A stretch of DNA of 63,110 nucleotides, the filler included, from Reticulomyxa filosa (lineage: Eukaryota > Protista > Foraminifera): NCBI GenBank assembly GCA_000512085.1. It is 19 parts of 19 records of this genome, joined end to end, with 100 filler letters (N's around TTAATTAATTAA, not from the genome) between each part and the next. Parts side by side here need not be neighbours in the genome. Positions count along the whole stretch, not along the records: positions 7,923 to 16,432 come from ASPP01010046.1; positions 16,533 to 19,402 come from ASPP01010593.1; positions 19,503 to 22,825 come from ASPP01023904.1; positions 22,926 to 24,744 come from ASPP01023746.1; positions 24,845 to 28,494 come from ASPP01014980.1; 14 more parts are not named here. One strand, 5' to 3'. A model generated the notes under the pieces. That model was not told where the DNA came from. It was given only the letters and a program-made list of their open reading frames with translations, and made no database searches. The position numbers and the translations under genes were made by a program. Below are positions 11,899-25,246 of the stretch, in pieces; within the stretch, counting starts at the first letter, position 1, and the number at the start of each line of letters is the position of its first letter.

Positions 11899-12397
11899 CT
11901 TCTAGTTTCTTTTTACTGATTGAACCTTTGTTTAAGCCTTTTTTTAAATTAAATTCAACAGCTTTAGCCTTTTTTAATTGAAGAAATTTGAATAACAGAT
12001 CAAATTTAGATAAATTAATTTCTTCGGCTTTTGGTTGCTGAGCTTGTTTTCTTTCTTACCGTTCACAACTTCTTTTTTTAAACTACGAAAAAATTGCTTC
12101 CTTATTTTTATATCATTTTGCTTCAAAGAAATTTCACTTTTATTGTTAAGAATTTGTGGTATTTCATTTGGATTTACCATGTTGACATGAATTTAAGTTT
12201 GTTTAAGAAAACGAAAATTCAACTTACAAACGTTGCGTTAAAAAAAAATTCCCAAGGCAAATTACAATGCCATTATCTTGTTCACACAAAATATACGAAC
12301 ATAATGCAACGCAACAAAATATTTTAGCAGGTCTGCAAAATAAAAATAAAATAAAAAAGAAAATGTACAATTTGCAGACAAACAGCAATAAGCATTT

Positions 12398-14166
12398 TTA
12401 AGCTTTCCATTTCTTGGCTTCTTGGTTTCTTCCTCCAATAGTTCTTCCGGCAAAAGCTTCCCAGAACTCTGATGGCTCTTTTCCTTCCAAAACACGTGCA
12501 ATTGGAACGTTAGCAGGACGTCCTTGTGCAGCCAAGTACTCAGTTGCAAATTCCATTGCCTACACAAAAAACAATTTGGTTAACATTTATTTAACAAATA
12601 ACACGAGAAACAAAACTCTCAATTTTTCGGATTTGTTTGCACCGCTTCCAATCCAAACAAAGATCATACCACCAGCATCAACAATGAAAGCATCATCACT
12701 AACCAAAGCAGATTTGTCTAATTTTCCTTTACAAACTTCTTTGATTTGCATTTTGCCACTTGCATCGCTAACATGATGCATGCTCAAAGTTACTTTTGGT
12801 GGTTCTTTGAGTTCTTCTTCTTCTTTGATTGACTTTGGTCGTCCGCCCAATAAAGTCCAGAATTCTTCAATTAATTTATTTCCTTTATCCTTAAGTCCAT
12901 CAATGACATATTCATTGTTTACTTTTCCTAATCGTGATGCTTTAAGTCCTTGGACAATGGCGGCTGCTTTTCGTTTTTCCCAAGCACTGCTTTTTGTTCC
13001 ATTGAATTGGAAGATTGTTAATCCGTTATCCAAAACAAAACAATCACTGTCATTTAATGAATCAACTGACAATGGCACTTCGTATACTTGTACTTTTTGC
13101 TTGTAGCCCTGTTTTTGTTTTTATCATTTTACGTCCTTTGTTTTAAAAATATTTTTTAAAAACTTGGTATTTCAATAAATTTTTTTGTTTGTTTTAATTA
13201 TTAACTGTAATGTGGAGTAATCGAGGTTTGTATTCGGTTGGTTTGACACTAAAAAAAAAAAATCAAACATTGAAAAATATTTTAATAGAAAGATCTTTTT
13301 CCTAAAAAATGGCTAATTGTAACAATACAAAACTGGTTAAATCCGGATTCAACACCTCCTGACATTACGGTCATTTTTGGAAATATATCCAAAAATCTCT
13401 TTGATTCGTTACCTTTATCATATAATTAATTTGTTGCATACAAACAAACACAATTGCAATCTAAATCGCATTAATTTTGTAAATTTTTTGAAGATCAACT
13501 ATATGTATACGTCTTTTTTTTTTTAAGTTTACCTTGAACTTCTCTGTATTGAACTGGTTCATCTCCTAACAAATCATCCAATTCAACTGTTTTGTATGCT
13601 GCAGTACCAGCTTCATCTTGTGATGTTTCACCTCCCAACCAGAAAAACACCTAAACATTCACACAATCCACAGGGATTAAATTTTTATCTTTTTAAAAAC
13701 GTATACTAAAAAATTTCCCTTTCTACAAAAAACAAAATTACTTAACATCATATTCCCTTTTGCCTTCATCGTTTACCTGTATTTACAATTCAACATTAAA
13801 CCAAAAAAAACAACAAGTTTGATCATTTCTCCTTTGTCACCCAGTCTCCCTTTTTACTAACATGGACAAAATTATTCAATTTTATTTTTAAAAAATGCGT
13901 ATTTGCGTTTGGCTTTTTTAAAAAAGACATACTTTGGTGTGTAAAACGATGTAGCTGTCTCCACCGAAGAATTCACCATATTTCTCTTTTGGCCAATGTT
14001 TCACCTTAAATTTTTCAATTCTCCAGACTTGGATGCCAGCTTCTTTTCCTGCTCCTTCCCATGCTGGTTCTTTTTCTGCAGCATTTTTTTTCATCTCACG
14101 ATGTTCTTTACTGCCATAATTGGCCATGTTGCTATCTTCCAATTTCGCTTGTCCAACTTCTGCCAT
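12398..14166 (-). CDS. Gelsolin/severin/fragmin-family actin-severing protein (three repeats, multiple introns)
   Basis: [77 protein letters not shown]. Confidence 0.93.
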
Positions 14167-14570
14167 GCTTTCTTATTTTATCACTTGTCTTAAAAGCAAA
14201 AAAAAGTACAAACACGATCCTTTTTAAAAACCTTTTTTACTCCAACTTTTTTATTCAATATACGTATTTCACACATATATTTTTACATTTTCTTCTTTTC
14301 TTCGTCCGTAACTGTGGTTTTTGCAAAGTTATTTTCCGTCTGTTCTGGTTGTCGTTGCACTGAAAAGTATTTTTTAAAGATATTCATAATCTGATACAAT
14401 TTTATACACATATTATTCATAACTTTAATTACATAAAGAATAAATAAAAAATCAAAACAGAATAAGATATTGTAAAGAACCTATATTACCGGATATGAAT
14501 TATGAAAAAATTAGATCAAATTAAATAAGTAAAAATAATATAATTTAAATATTTTTAAACATTGCACATT

Positions 14571-16432
14571 TTATTCAACATGATTCATTTGATTTGAAAC
14601 AGTGTTCTTTTTGGTATCATCACTTGTGATTTGTTCAAGAGTTTCTGTTATACTCACTAATTCGTTTCTCTTTTTACTTCTGTCGGTCAAATGTTGTCTT
14701 CTTTTGTAAAAAAACATTAAATCAATTAAATGTTTGAATATTGTATTAAGCAAATATAACGATATGAAACAAAACTTAGAAAAGAGTTCTATTCTTAATC
14801 TTTCGACATGTTTTTTTTCAGATTCGATATATTCTGATTCCTTGGCGTGTAGTTTGTGCTGTAATCGTGACACTTCTTTCAGACTTTCCTTTAATTGAAT
14901 ACGCAAGTCTTTTTCACGGTGAGTCATGGAGTCTATTTGTTGTTTGTACTGATCAAGTTCTTTACAAGTTGATGCCAGTTCCATTCGCAGTTGTCCTATC
15001 TTTTTATTTAAGTAAGTAGCATTGAGAATATATTTATGCTGAAAATAGCAAAGTAAAATAAGTTAACCACACCGTGGATGCGTCTGCCTGCTTTTTATGT
15101 TTCACCAACTCTTCTCTCAGTTCTTCACATCGTCGTTGTTCGTGTTCGTACTTAGTCTTTCCATCCACATCACACAAAACTGTAAAAAAAAACCGAGTGT
15201 GTTCATATCGATAACAAACAAACAAACAAACAAATTAGACTTGTAGTAATTCATTTTCCTTTTTCAAGAATGCGATGGTACGATTTAAGGTTTCGAGTTC
15301 GTAAGTGTGATCCGCACGAAGACGTTTTAGCGAATGAGCGACTTCACCTTGCTTTGTTTTGAACTGAGACTCCAACTCCGATTTCATATGTTCTAACCTT
15401 GTTTGTTCTAATTTTATCTTTCTTTCTTCGCCTTCAATGTCATACAATGACAGTTTCAGTTTCTTTTCCAATTTTAACAATTCTTCTTTTTTTTTGGCAA
15501 TTGTTTGGAGGCGATGATTTTCCTTGTCATATGTTGTGTATGCCCTCGATACTTAAAAAAAACAAAACAAAATGTTGTCTCAAAAAAAAAAAGAGAGTTT
15601 GAACATACTTGCTCTTTCCATCTTTCTTCCAATTCACTCAGTTTTTTAGCTTCTATTAGCTTCCATCTTTTTTTTTATTTGTAGACTTTTAGTTTGAAAA
15701 ATGATGAATAAAATTATATATGTATATAATAAACTTTTCATGCCATTTGTTTTGCTGTTCGATTTTCCACAATTTCAATTCTCTAACAATTTGCTCTTCC
15801 ATCAATTTGGCCGTGGCGTAGATAGTATTACAGACAGCAATGGTACCTTCTTTTTTCTCTTCATTTGGAAAATGAGATGGAACATGCTGCAGCAGCGATT
15901 CCCTGACAGGAAGAGAGGCTGTGCTCACATTTGCATTGTGTCCATTATCCAAATGTGCAATCCTTCCAAAGTCTTCTAATGAACAGCAGATGCGAATATG
16001 TCCAATTGTGGACAATGCCAGCTTCCCATTGCATTCGACTTTGGAGTGTTTCCAATTCCCTTGTTTGATTTGATCGATTGGATAATATTCGTCCACAAAA
16101 TGCAATTGTTTATCACCATTGCAAGACAATGGAATATACAGTAATTCATTCAAATTCACCCAACACCAGCCAATTTCTCTTTAGTGTTTTTAGGCATTTC
16201 ACGTTTTCGTTATCAAAAAAAAAAAAAAAAAAAAGGCAATATTTATTTGACTAACCTGTCCTTGACAAGAGCATCTTTGTGAATAACTTCGATAAGCAAT
16301 GCTTCTTTTGTCAATTGTTGAAATAACTCCAATGGATTGCAAACAAATTCAAATGCACAAAATCCATTATCAATAACCTTTTCTTCGCATCGTTGTATCT
16401 GTATTTGTTTATTTCATTTGGAACAGTCATAT
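14571..16432 (-). CDS. C2-domain plus coiled-coil protein, CEP120-like (5' partial, multi-exon)
   Basis: C2-like strands (EVIHKD..IGWCWVNLNELL..IGHIRICCSLEDFG) are followed by EEQIVRELKLWKIEQQ..LEERWKEQ and a long coiled coil, as in the CEP120 C-terminal half. Confidence 0.5.
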
Positions 16433-16532
16433 NNNNNNNNNNNNNNNNNNNNNNNNNNNNNNNNNNNNNNNNNNNNTTAATTAATTAANNNNNNNNNNNN
16501 NNNNNNNNNNNNNNNNNNNNNNNNNNNNNNNN

Positions 16533-16882
16533 TTTGCTGCGTCCTCTTTCCCATGGACTAAAAACTCAGGTTGGAATATGGCCGCAAAGGTGCCGTTTTT
16601 AACATCATCGATTACATTTGGTTCCAAATCAACCTAATTATCTTCTTTGTATACGTATGCAAAAAAAGAAATCCAAATAGAACACTTAACTGCAAGGTTG
16701 CGAGGAACAAAATGACCACTACATGTTTCTTCAAAAAACACTTTGAAAGAGTCATCCTTTCCTGCATTTTCTTTTCTTTTGCCAGCATTATCAATTCCGT
16801 GCTCTGCACAGTATTGCTCCCAAATGGAGTTGCCTAATTGTATACCGGCTTGACTGACTTCAATTGTGAGAACTTCTCTCAT
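16533..16882 (-). CDS. Divergent (type 2) alpha-tubulin, 3' partial (intron 16634-16690)
   Basis: [36 protein letters not shown]|[33 protein letters not shown]. Confidence 0.88.
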
Positions 16883-19545
16883 TTCTTTTTAAAGTTACAA
16901 ACAATAAGAAAAAACGACAAAAGAACTTGCAAAAAAAAACAACAAAAGTTCTAGATTCAACCTCAAAACAACCATTGGACCTTCCCCGTTTTTATTTTAC
17001 ATCAAAACTTATTTCAACAACAGGTTAATTCATACACATGTATTGTATGGTTTTGAAATTTCAAAGAATTCAACTAATTCATTTTTTAGATTTTCCACAA
17101 GGAAACATAAGACTAGTGCTTACTGAACGATTAAAAGAGTTATTTGCATATTTGTAATGCATTTAATCTGATTTGAAAACATAGTTATATTAAAATTACC
17201 TTTATCAAGCCAATATTATTCCATTTATAAAAGTCAAAAAATAACTTATACGAAAGTCCATTGTTTGCAAGTGAACGTATTGTTGTGGAGGAGCTAATCT
17301 GATTTGTTTTTGTAGATTATATATAGTTAGGAAGTTATGTCAGCACAATTAGCATTAGTTTTGAGTGACCTGCATGTGGGGCGTCTACTGTAGACAGCTA
17401 CACTAAACGTAATACGAAAAGATTTTACTCGAATTGAGAGTGGCTTTCAGTAAAACAAAGTAAATTGAATAACAAAAATGAATAACTCAATAAGGAAGAA
17501 GAAAGACAAAAAAAAAAGAAGTGAAGAAAGTTTAACCCAACGGGAGCTCCTCAGTTCCATAAGGGTTCAGCCATGTGTAACATGGACTTGCCCTACATGC
17601 ATGTGCCAACAAGATTTATCAGAGCAATTTTGTAAGACGACAAAAAAAAAAATAAAACAAAGAAATATTGTAGCTGAAAAAGGGGAAATAATAAAATATT
17701 AAGATACCTGGCAAAATCTATCATGTGTTGGCCACTGGAAATGTTGAAAATAAACAAATACGAGAGTATTTGACAAGAACATCTCCAAATTATCATCAAG
17801 TGATAGTTGATTTTGATAAGGATCCAAATTGATAAGTACAAATTGGTATCATTCATTGCAGGTATTTTTTTTTAAATCAAAAATGTTAATATATTTGTTG
17901 TATTGCATAAACAATAAATAATAATCCAATAATAATAAAGAAAGGTTGTTCCTTGTGATGATACTGAATCGTTATCTTATCATTCAACGCCAATTAGGTG
18001 TAGATATATTGATCATCTTTTCTTAAACTTTACAATGACATTGACAATGTGGTGAATGGAACAATTTTGAATAAAATTTTATATTTAGTTTAACAATATC
18101 CTACATTATTAAGTCTGTCTGTTGTGAGACATATTTTTTCCTTTAATGTGACAAAAAAAAGCAAATGGCTTTAAATCTAACATCACTATGTGTTTGTCAT
18201 TTGCATTGCAACGTTTTAATTGGCTGCTTACCAAAGGTAATTAAATTTCATTCATTAGTTTATTTATTTATTTTTACTACGTAAAAAAAAAGAATTCAAA
18301 GTAGTGAAAATGAGACAACACGTAAAAAAAAATGTATGTATACACATTGTTACGATTTTTGGTGCTTTATTGATTATTTTTTTAAATAACTACACTATTA
18401 ATGGGGTATTTAATGTTCAATTTCTTTATTTTTCAAAAGATAGCACTTTATATTGAAAGACTGTTCTTGCAACTATATGTTGTTTTTTTTTTACAAGCAA
18501 ATGAAGATATCAACGTCGTTTGATCTTTTACTTTTCACTAACTGTAACAAGTTATACGAACAAATTTCATATAACAAAATCAATTCACGAAATTTTTTAA
18601 CAAATAAAAACTGCATGATATTCATGCAATTCATCAATAAATATAAATATTTTATGTTCCTGAATAAAAAAAAAATGGTCTCATGTGCGGGTGCTAAGCG
18701 CACTTACCTCCCAAATGGTGGGCATGTCAGCTGATGCTAGAGTCACACTGCCATAACGAAGGTAAAACTGCATAGTCCGGAAATCTGAACTATTATATAT
18801 TTTTAACTTTGTGAGAAGGTAACCACATAACAAACTTTTTTTGTTGTGTATTTGAAAATATTATTTATAATTTTTTCAAGCATTTTTTAATTGACTGAAG
18901 TTTTCCAGTAAAAAAAAGCTCAAAAGATCTTTTTATTAATAAGTTTTTTTGCACTTTCTTTTTGACAGTTTCTTCATTTTTTAACAAAATTTTGATCACA
19001 TTGCAGTCTAAGGATGCTGATAACTACAAGTTCTTTCCGAACGTCAAATACAAGACGAAAATCAACAACAAATAAAACCTTTTTCTCAAACTCTTTACTC
19101 ACAGTCTTTACAGAGACAAGATAGTTACAGTATAGAAGAACAAAAGTAGTTGCTACAATATAATACAGTTAGACATGTAGTCATAGGCGAGTTGCAGTCA
19201 ACATGGTGTCTCTTTTGTTAGCAGAGTGTAAAGAGTTTTATAGTTGTTTGTTTTTTTGTGGGGGTCCACAACACAACATACTACTATTTTTTTTAAGGAA
19301 GTTGATTTTCCTCACAAATGTAATGAAAACGTGGAGGAAAAGATTTTTCTTTTCCAACTTTTACAAAAAGGTTGATTCTAAATCTTTTACTCCAATAAAA
19401 AANNNNNNNNNNNNNNNNNNNNNNNNNNNNNNNNNNNNNNNNNNNNTTAATTAATTAANNNNNNNNNNNNNNNNNNNNNNNNNNNNNNNNNNNNNNNNNN
19501 NNAAAATAAAATAAAATAAAATAAAATAAAATAAAATAAAATTAG

Positions 19546-21088
19546 ATTGAAGAAGAGTTGGATGCTGATGTGTTGGCAGAGCAACAGCGGATTCGTAGCC
19601 AATTGACGAAAGACAACACCTTGCGGCCTGAAGCCACTCTGCAAGACACCGTTCACATCTGCGGACTACGAAAGGTTTACAAAACAGACAACCCACAAGT
19701 CCCTTTCAAAATTGCTGTCCGAGATTTGTGGTTCGCTATTCCACAAGGACAAGTCTTTGGATTTCTTGGGTTCGTTTAACTAACAATACATTATACTATT
19801 TTATATTATATATGCATATATTATGTATGTATATATATATATATATATGTGTATGTGTGTGTGTATTTGTTTTGTTTAGTGTGAATGGCGCCGGCAAAAC
19901 GACAACACTGAAAATGCTCACTGGGGACACACATCCAAGCTCTGGAACCGCCTTCATCTATGGACTGCCGATCGAAAATCAAATTGAGGCAAGGCGGAGA
20001 ATTGGCTACTGTCCACAGTTTGATGCCATCTTTGATCTTCTCACTGCTTATGAACACTTGAAATTTTATGGCACAATCAAAGGACTGAAGGGAAAAGAAT
20101 TGGAAGACCAAATCCGAGTCTTGATCCAGGCCTTGTCACTCAACAAATACAAAAATCGAAAGGCCGGCACATACAGTGGAGGAAACAAACGCAAATTGTC
20201 TACCGCTATTGCCATGATTGGAAATCCTCCTGTCGTTTTCTTGGGTACGTTTGAGATTTTGTTGTTTTTACTTATCATATCTTCATTTTTTGGGTTGTTA
20301 CCTTGGAAAATAGATGAACCGAGCACAGGTTATTACTTTCAAACGATGAAATGTTTTTTTGTCTGTGTAAAAAAAAAAAAAAATGGGTGAGGGGAAATGC
20401 ACCCAAAGAAATGAAAAATGTATATATGTACATATACATATATGGGGATGCTAGGAATGGATCCAGTGTCTCGTCGACACATGTGGTCATTCATTAATAC
20501 AACGATGGAGGGGAGGTGCGTGATATTGACAACCCATTCGATGGAGGAATGTGAAGCACTTTGCCATCGCTTGGGTATTATGATTAATGGCCAACTTCGC
20601 TGTCTAGGTGCGCTTGTTTTATGTTCATTCAAAACAAATCATAACATTTTGACAATAATAAAATGAAGGCACACCACAACATTTGAAATCGAGATTCGGA
20701 AAAGGCTACCAATTGGATGTAACATTTGAATCTCGTGCATCCGTAAAGGAAAGGGAACAACTCAAAATAAACGCGGAAGAGGAACTCAAACGACATTTTT
20801 CAGTCCGATTGATCGAATCCAGCCAACATAAAGCTACGTTTGAACTTGTATTTGAGTTTGAAAAAGATGGAGCCATGACTTTGGCACAGATGTTCCGTAT
20901 GATGGAAAATCTCAAACAAAAATTGTCCATTGTCAGCTACGCTTTGAACCAAACTACTTTGGAACAAATTTTTGTGCGAATGGCTCAGTTGAGCTGTCTT
21001 GTTTTTTATTTATATCTTAAGTAACTCTTTCTTCATATTTTTTGTGTTTTGTTTTGATAGCCAACATCGTGCGGTATCCGAATTTTAA
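19546..21088 (+). CDS. ABC transporter subfamily A, C-terminal NBD (5' partial, multi-exon)
   Basis: FGFLG|[58 protein letters not shown]. Confidence 0.93.
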
Positions 21089-21968
21089 AGTATAAGTAAT
21101 ACTTTTTTTCGTATTCATAGACGCTGTTAGTGCTAGACACGGAGTTAATTGTTTTTATTGGCTCTTTCAGTTCCCTGGACATTGCTTTATTTTTTGTTTT
21201 TTATTCCAAAAAGTTTTGTATTTTTATCTGTAGGTTTTGATTATTTTCGTTTTCCTTTTCTTATTTGTATTTCGCTAGATGAGTTTTTTGCTTCATTTTG
21301 TTTGTTTCTTATTTCTAATATGGTGTAATTTGTCAGTAAGAAAGGCTTATTCTAGATTAGATTATTTCTTATTCATAAGTTACACTGTTTTTTGTTTAAT
21401 TTGAGAACTTTATCTGTATCCGAGTGCTTTCAGTCAATAACTTAGACAAAATTTGAGGTTGGAAAGTACAACAGCGAACTCGATTTAATTACATCATAAA
21501 TTGAACTTGGATCTTTGCGAGTAGCGATTTTGGCTGCATGTAGAATCTTATCTTTTGTCACTATTTTGCATTACTGTTGACTGCTGAGATTTTAACCTTT
21601 TTTTAAATCTCTGTAGCTCGTCTTTCGATTTTTTCTTTTTTAAATTGTTCTACCTTAAAGGATTCTACTCGCCAAGAAAATAAGATATTAAACCCAATTT
21701 CAAACATTTTTTTATCAAAAAATGTACTCCGTCAAATCACAGACAAAGGTCTTTGGTTTATTTTTTGAATTGTTGTGTAAGCTTGCGAGGGGCTTGAATA
21801 ACAAGTGAAAATGTAACAGACAACATGATGGATCTGTTGCATTATATTAGAGAGGCCACGATTACGTTCCTCTCCAACATGAAAGCAACACAAATATAAA
21901 AGAGCAAGATTGCAAGAGCAACGAAAAATGTTAGTTACAAATGATTTTATTGAAAAAAAAACCGAAAT

Positions 21969-22825
21969 TTAAACCAATGATTTGCGACCTTTTAAAGCTC
22001 TTCTAGCAGCAGCTACAATAGAGGCCGTGCTAGGTAGCACCATTTCTTCCAAATTTGGGCAATAAGGCATTGGTACATCAATTCCGCAAACCCTTTCAAC
22101 AGGAGCATCCAAATAGTCAAAGCCCTCACCTATTTTTTAAATAAAATACATTTTTTTGAAAAAAGAAGATGCTGCTCCACAATTTCTTAAACAACAACAA
22201 AACTTTCCATGACACTGGCACAGACTTCAGCAGCGATACCACACTGTGGCCATCCTTCTTCAACATAAATCAAGCGATGTGTTTTTTTGATGGAATTGAT
22301 AATGGCGCTTCGGTCCATGGGTCTCAGGCAACGATTATTAATGACTTCGATACTAACACCGTCTTCTTTTTCCAAAATGTTTGCCGCTTCCAATGCAAAA
22401 GCGCACATTCGTGAATGTGTGACAATGGTCAAATCATTACCACTCTTCAGCAGTCTCGCCTTGCCAATTTGTGCCAATTGTATCGTGCTCTCATCAAACC
22501 ATGACTCTGGTACTTTCACTTTGCTTCCGTACATCATTTCATTTTCTAATACCACACAAGGATCGGGATCTCGAATTGATGCTTTTAATACTTCTCGGGC
22601 ATCAATTGTGTCATAAATCGCAAATACTTTCAGTCCTGGAATAAAGTCGTTTCGCCAATTTCAAAGTAAACACAGCAAAAAAAGGGGAGTTTTATTATTA
22701 ACTTTTTTTTTTTGTTGAAAAAAAAAAAGGGGACTTTTAAAAAAAAAAAAATTAAAAAACCTAGGGACGGAGGAATACCAAGGTGAAAAATCTTGTGAAT
22801 GTTGAGCGGCAACAGCTTTGGCAGC
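21969..22825 (-). CDS. PDHB: Pyruvate dehydrogenase E1 beta subunit (5' partial)
   Basis: IRDPDPCVVLENEMMYG, EVINNRCLRPMD, VEEGWPQCGIAAEV, FDYLDAPVERVCGIDVPMPY. Confidence 0.93.
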
Positions 22826-22948
22826 NNNNNNNNNNNNNNNNNNNNNNNNNNNNNNNNNNNNNNNNNNNNTTAATTAATTAANNNNNNNNNNNNNNNNNNN
22901 NNNNNNNNNNNNNNNNNNNNNNNNNTTTTTTTTTTTTTTTTTTGAAAG

Positions 22949-24430
22949 GCGGTGAGAACAGCATTGAATAATGGATATCGGCTGATCGACACATCGGAAA
23001 ACTATAATAACGAAGCTGTGATTGGCGAGGCTTTGCGCGACAGTGGCATCCCTCGCCAAGACCTTCTCATCGCAACAAAACTCAGCTTTAATGAACATTA
23101 CGGGACTAATGCCACGCGTCGAGCTTTTTTAAAACAATTGCAACTCCTTCATCTCGATTATATTGACATGTCTTTTTGTTTTTGTTGTTGTTGTTGCTTT
23201 CTTCTCTGTATAAATAATTGATACAACAACAACATACACTTATATACATATATATGTATATATATATTTTTTTTTTTTATTATAATTGTGTGTACGTATA
23301 CGTACTTTGCATGGTGCAAATATTTACAGATACATGACTCATGGCGCAATTGAAGATAAAAAAGTTCTGACATTGAAACAACACAAGTCAACAAAACAAA
23401 ATAAAACAAAAAAAAAAAAAAAGGGAGATTAATATAATGAACAAAAATAAAAAATAAAAAAAAAAAAGAGACTCAAAGAAGCTTGGCAAGAAATGGAACA
23501 ATTATATTTCGAGGGAAAAGTCAAAGTGCTGGCTGTCAGCAATTACGATGTTCCAGAGGTTCAAGAATTGCTATCTTATGCTCGTGTCAAACCTGCTTTT
23601 ATCCAGAACAAATATGACATTTTCACACAAGGTTTTGTTTTAAATTGTGCATAATATATTATATATGTATGCACACATAATATACTCCGATTTTTTGGGG
23701 TTAGAATTTTGACCTTTTTTGATAACAACAAAAAAAAGGGGGCCAAGCTCCTTGGGTCCCTAGCATTTTGCAATTTGCGCAAGAAAATAGTTGAGTGGGA
23801 CATTTATTCGCTTTGTTGTTCGCCAAGTCTAATTGATCACGTTGCATTGCTTGCATTTGCGTTTACATTTTGTTTGAGGGGGGCGGAACAAAAAAAAAAG
23901 ACATTCGGGTTCAAGGTTATTGTGGTTTAAATTCGTGGCCTCATCAATTGGCTGCTGTGAATAATGCCCATGTCAAATGGGTCGCTGCGAAATATCGCAA
24001 GACTCCTGCACAAACAATCCTGAGATGGGCCTTCCAACAAGGTGTCACTATGGTTAGTTGTCGCTCTCTTTCCTATTCTGTTCTTGTCTTGTTCTACTTG
24101 ACACATCTATTTGCATAACCTCCTCCTCCTCAAGCTTACCAGAAGTGAGTCGACTGAACATCAATTGGAAAGTTTGGATATATTTGACTTTACAATTAAC
24201 GACTTAGACATGCAATTGTTAAATGCTCAAATTACTTTGTTCTCTCCTTATTTCGTACCGTGGATGCACGACATGTTTCGTTGTTTGTTTGTTTTTCTCC
24301 TGTTTTTTCCATTCTCTTCTCTTAAATTCTTTTCCTTGATGTCTTTTGTTTTATTGATTGTATAGATTTTTTCTGGAAAAAAGAAGCCACTGAATTTCCT
24401 CTCTTCTATTTCTCTGAAGAAGATGACTAA
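22949..24430 (+). CDS. Aldo-keto reductase (5' partial, multi-exon)
   Basis: GYRLIDTSENYNNE, ATKL, LDYID, GKVKVLAVSNY, KTPAQTILRWAFQQG, ESLDIFDFTI. Confidence 0.9.
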
Positions 24431-25246
24431 TTTTTTTTTTTTGTCTCATGTAGTAGGGCTTGTGTTGGAGATTATGCTTTCTCGTTTTTCAATTGTTCAA
24501 AAAGTTTTTCTTGAAAACAAAAAAATACCAAAAATTTAGGATAAAATTGAAAAACTTATTTTTAAAAGTGAAACAGAAAATTAGTTATCCAAAAATACGA
24601 GTGTTACATCATTTTCTCTTTGCTTTGTTGTGGTTCCACTTTCTACTTAGTTTTCATCACTAATCTTTGAAGTTTTAGTTGGCATGCAAGCTCTTATCGG
24701 CTTGTATACTGTTTGACACTACCAAAAGGTAGAATAAATACAAGNNNNNNNNNNNNNNNNNNNNNNNNNNNNNNNNNNNNNNNNNNNNTTAATTAATTAA
24801 NNNNNNNNNNNNNNNNNNNNNNNNNNNNNNNNNNNNNNNNNNNNAAAGAAGTTACACAATTGAACTCAACACGAGATCTAATGAGTTCATAGGTCGTTTC
24901 GCACTGTCTCGTTTGGACATATTTATTTTGCAAACAAATCTTGTATATTGATTATGAAGTTTTTTTAAAAAATTTAAGTCCAACCATAAAAAAGGAAACG
25001 TTTGTGGAAGTTGTGTGTCGAATTTGTAGAGAGCTGGATTCCCTCAACAATCTGAAGAAAAAGTTATAATTTCAAATATAAGTTTTTTTGGAAAAATTTG
25101 TCGTTTGCAACAATTGTATTGTTTGTGTTACCATTGACATCCTTTTTGTTAAAAAAGAGACCGACAGCAAAGAAAAGAGATGAAACAAGACAAAAAAAAA
25201 AAGAAGAATTAGTAATAATTATGTGACAGACAAGAGTGAATGTGTA

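Noticed and set aside
17480-18130. Coding-like patches on the minus strand
   Set aside because: Frames are broken and no family is recognisable; possibly a decayed gene but not supportable.
18701-18790. ACTTACCT resembling the U1 snRNA 5' end
   Set aside because: No U1 stem-loops or Sm site follow; it is the reverse complement of a splice donor (AG|GTAAGT) of an isolated minus-strand exon.
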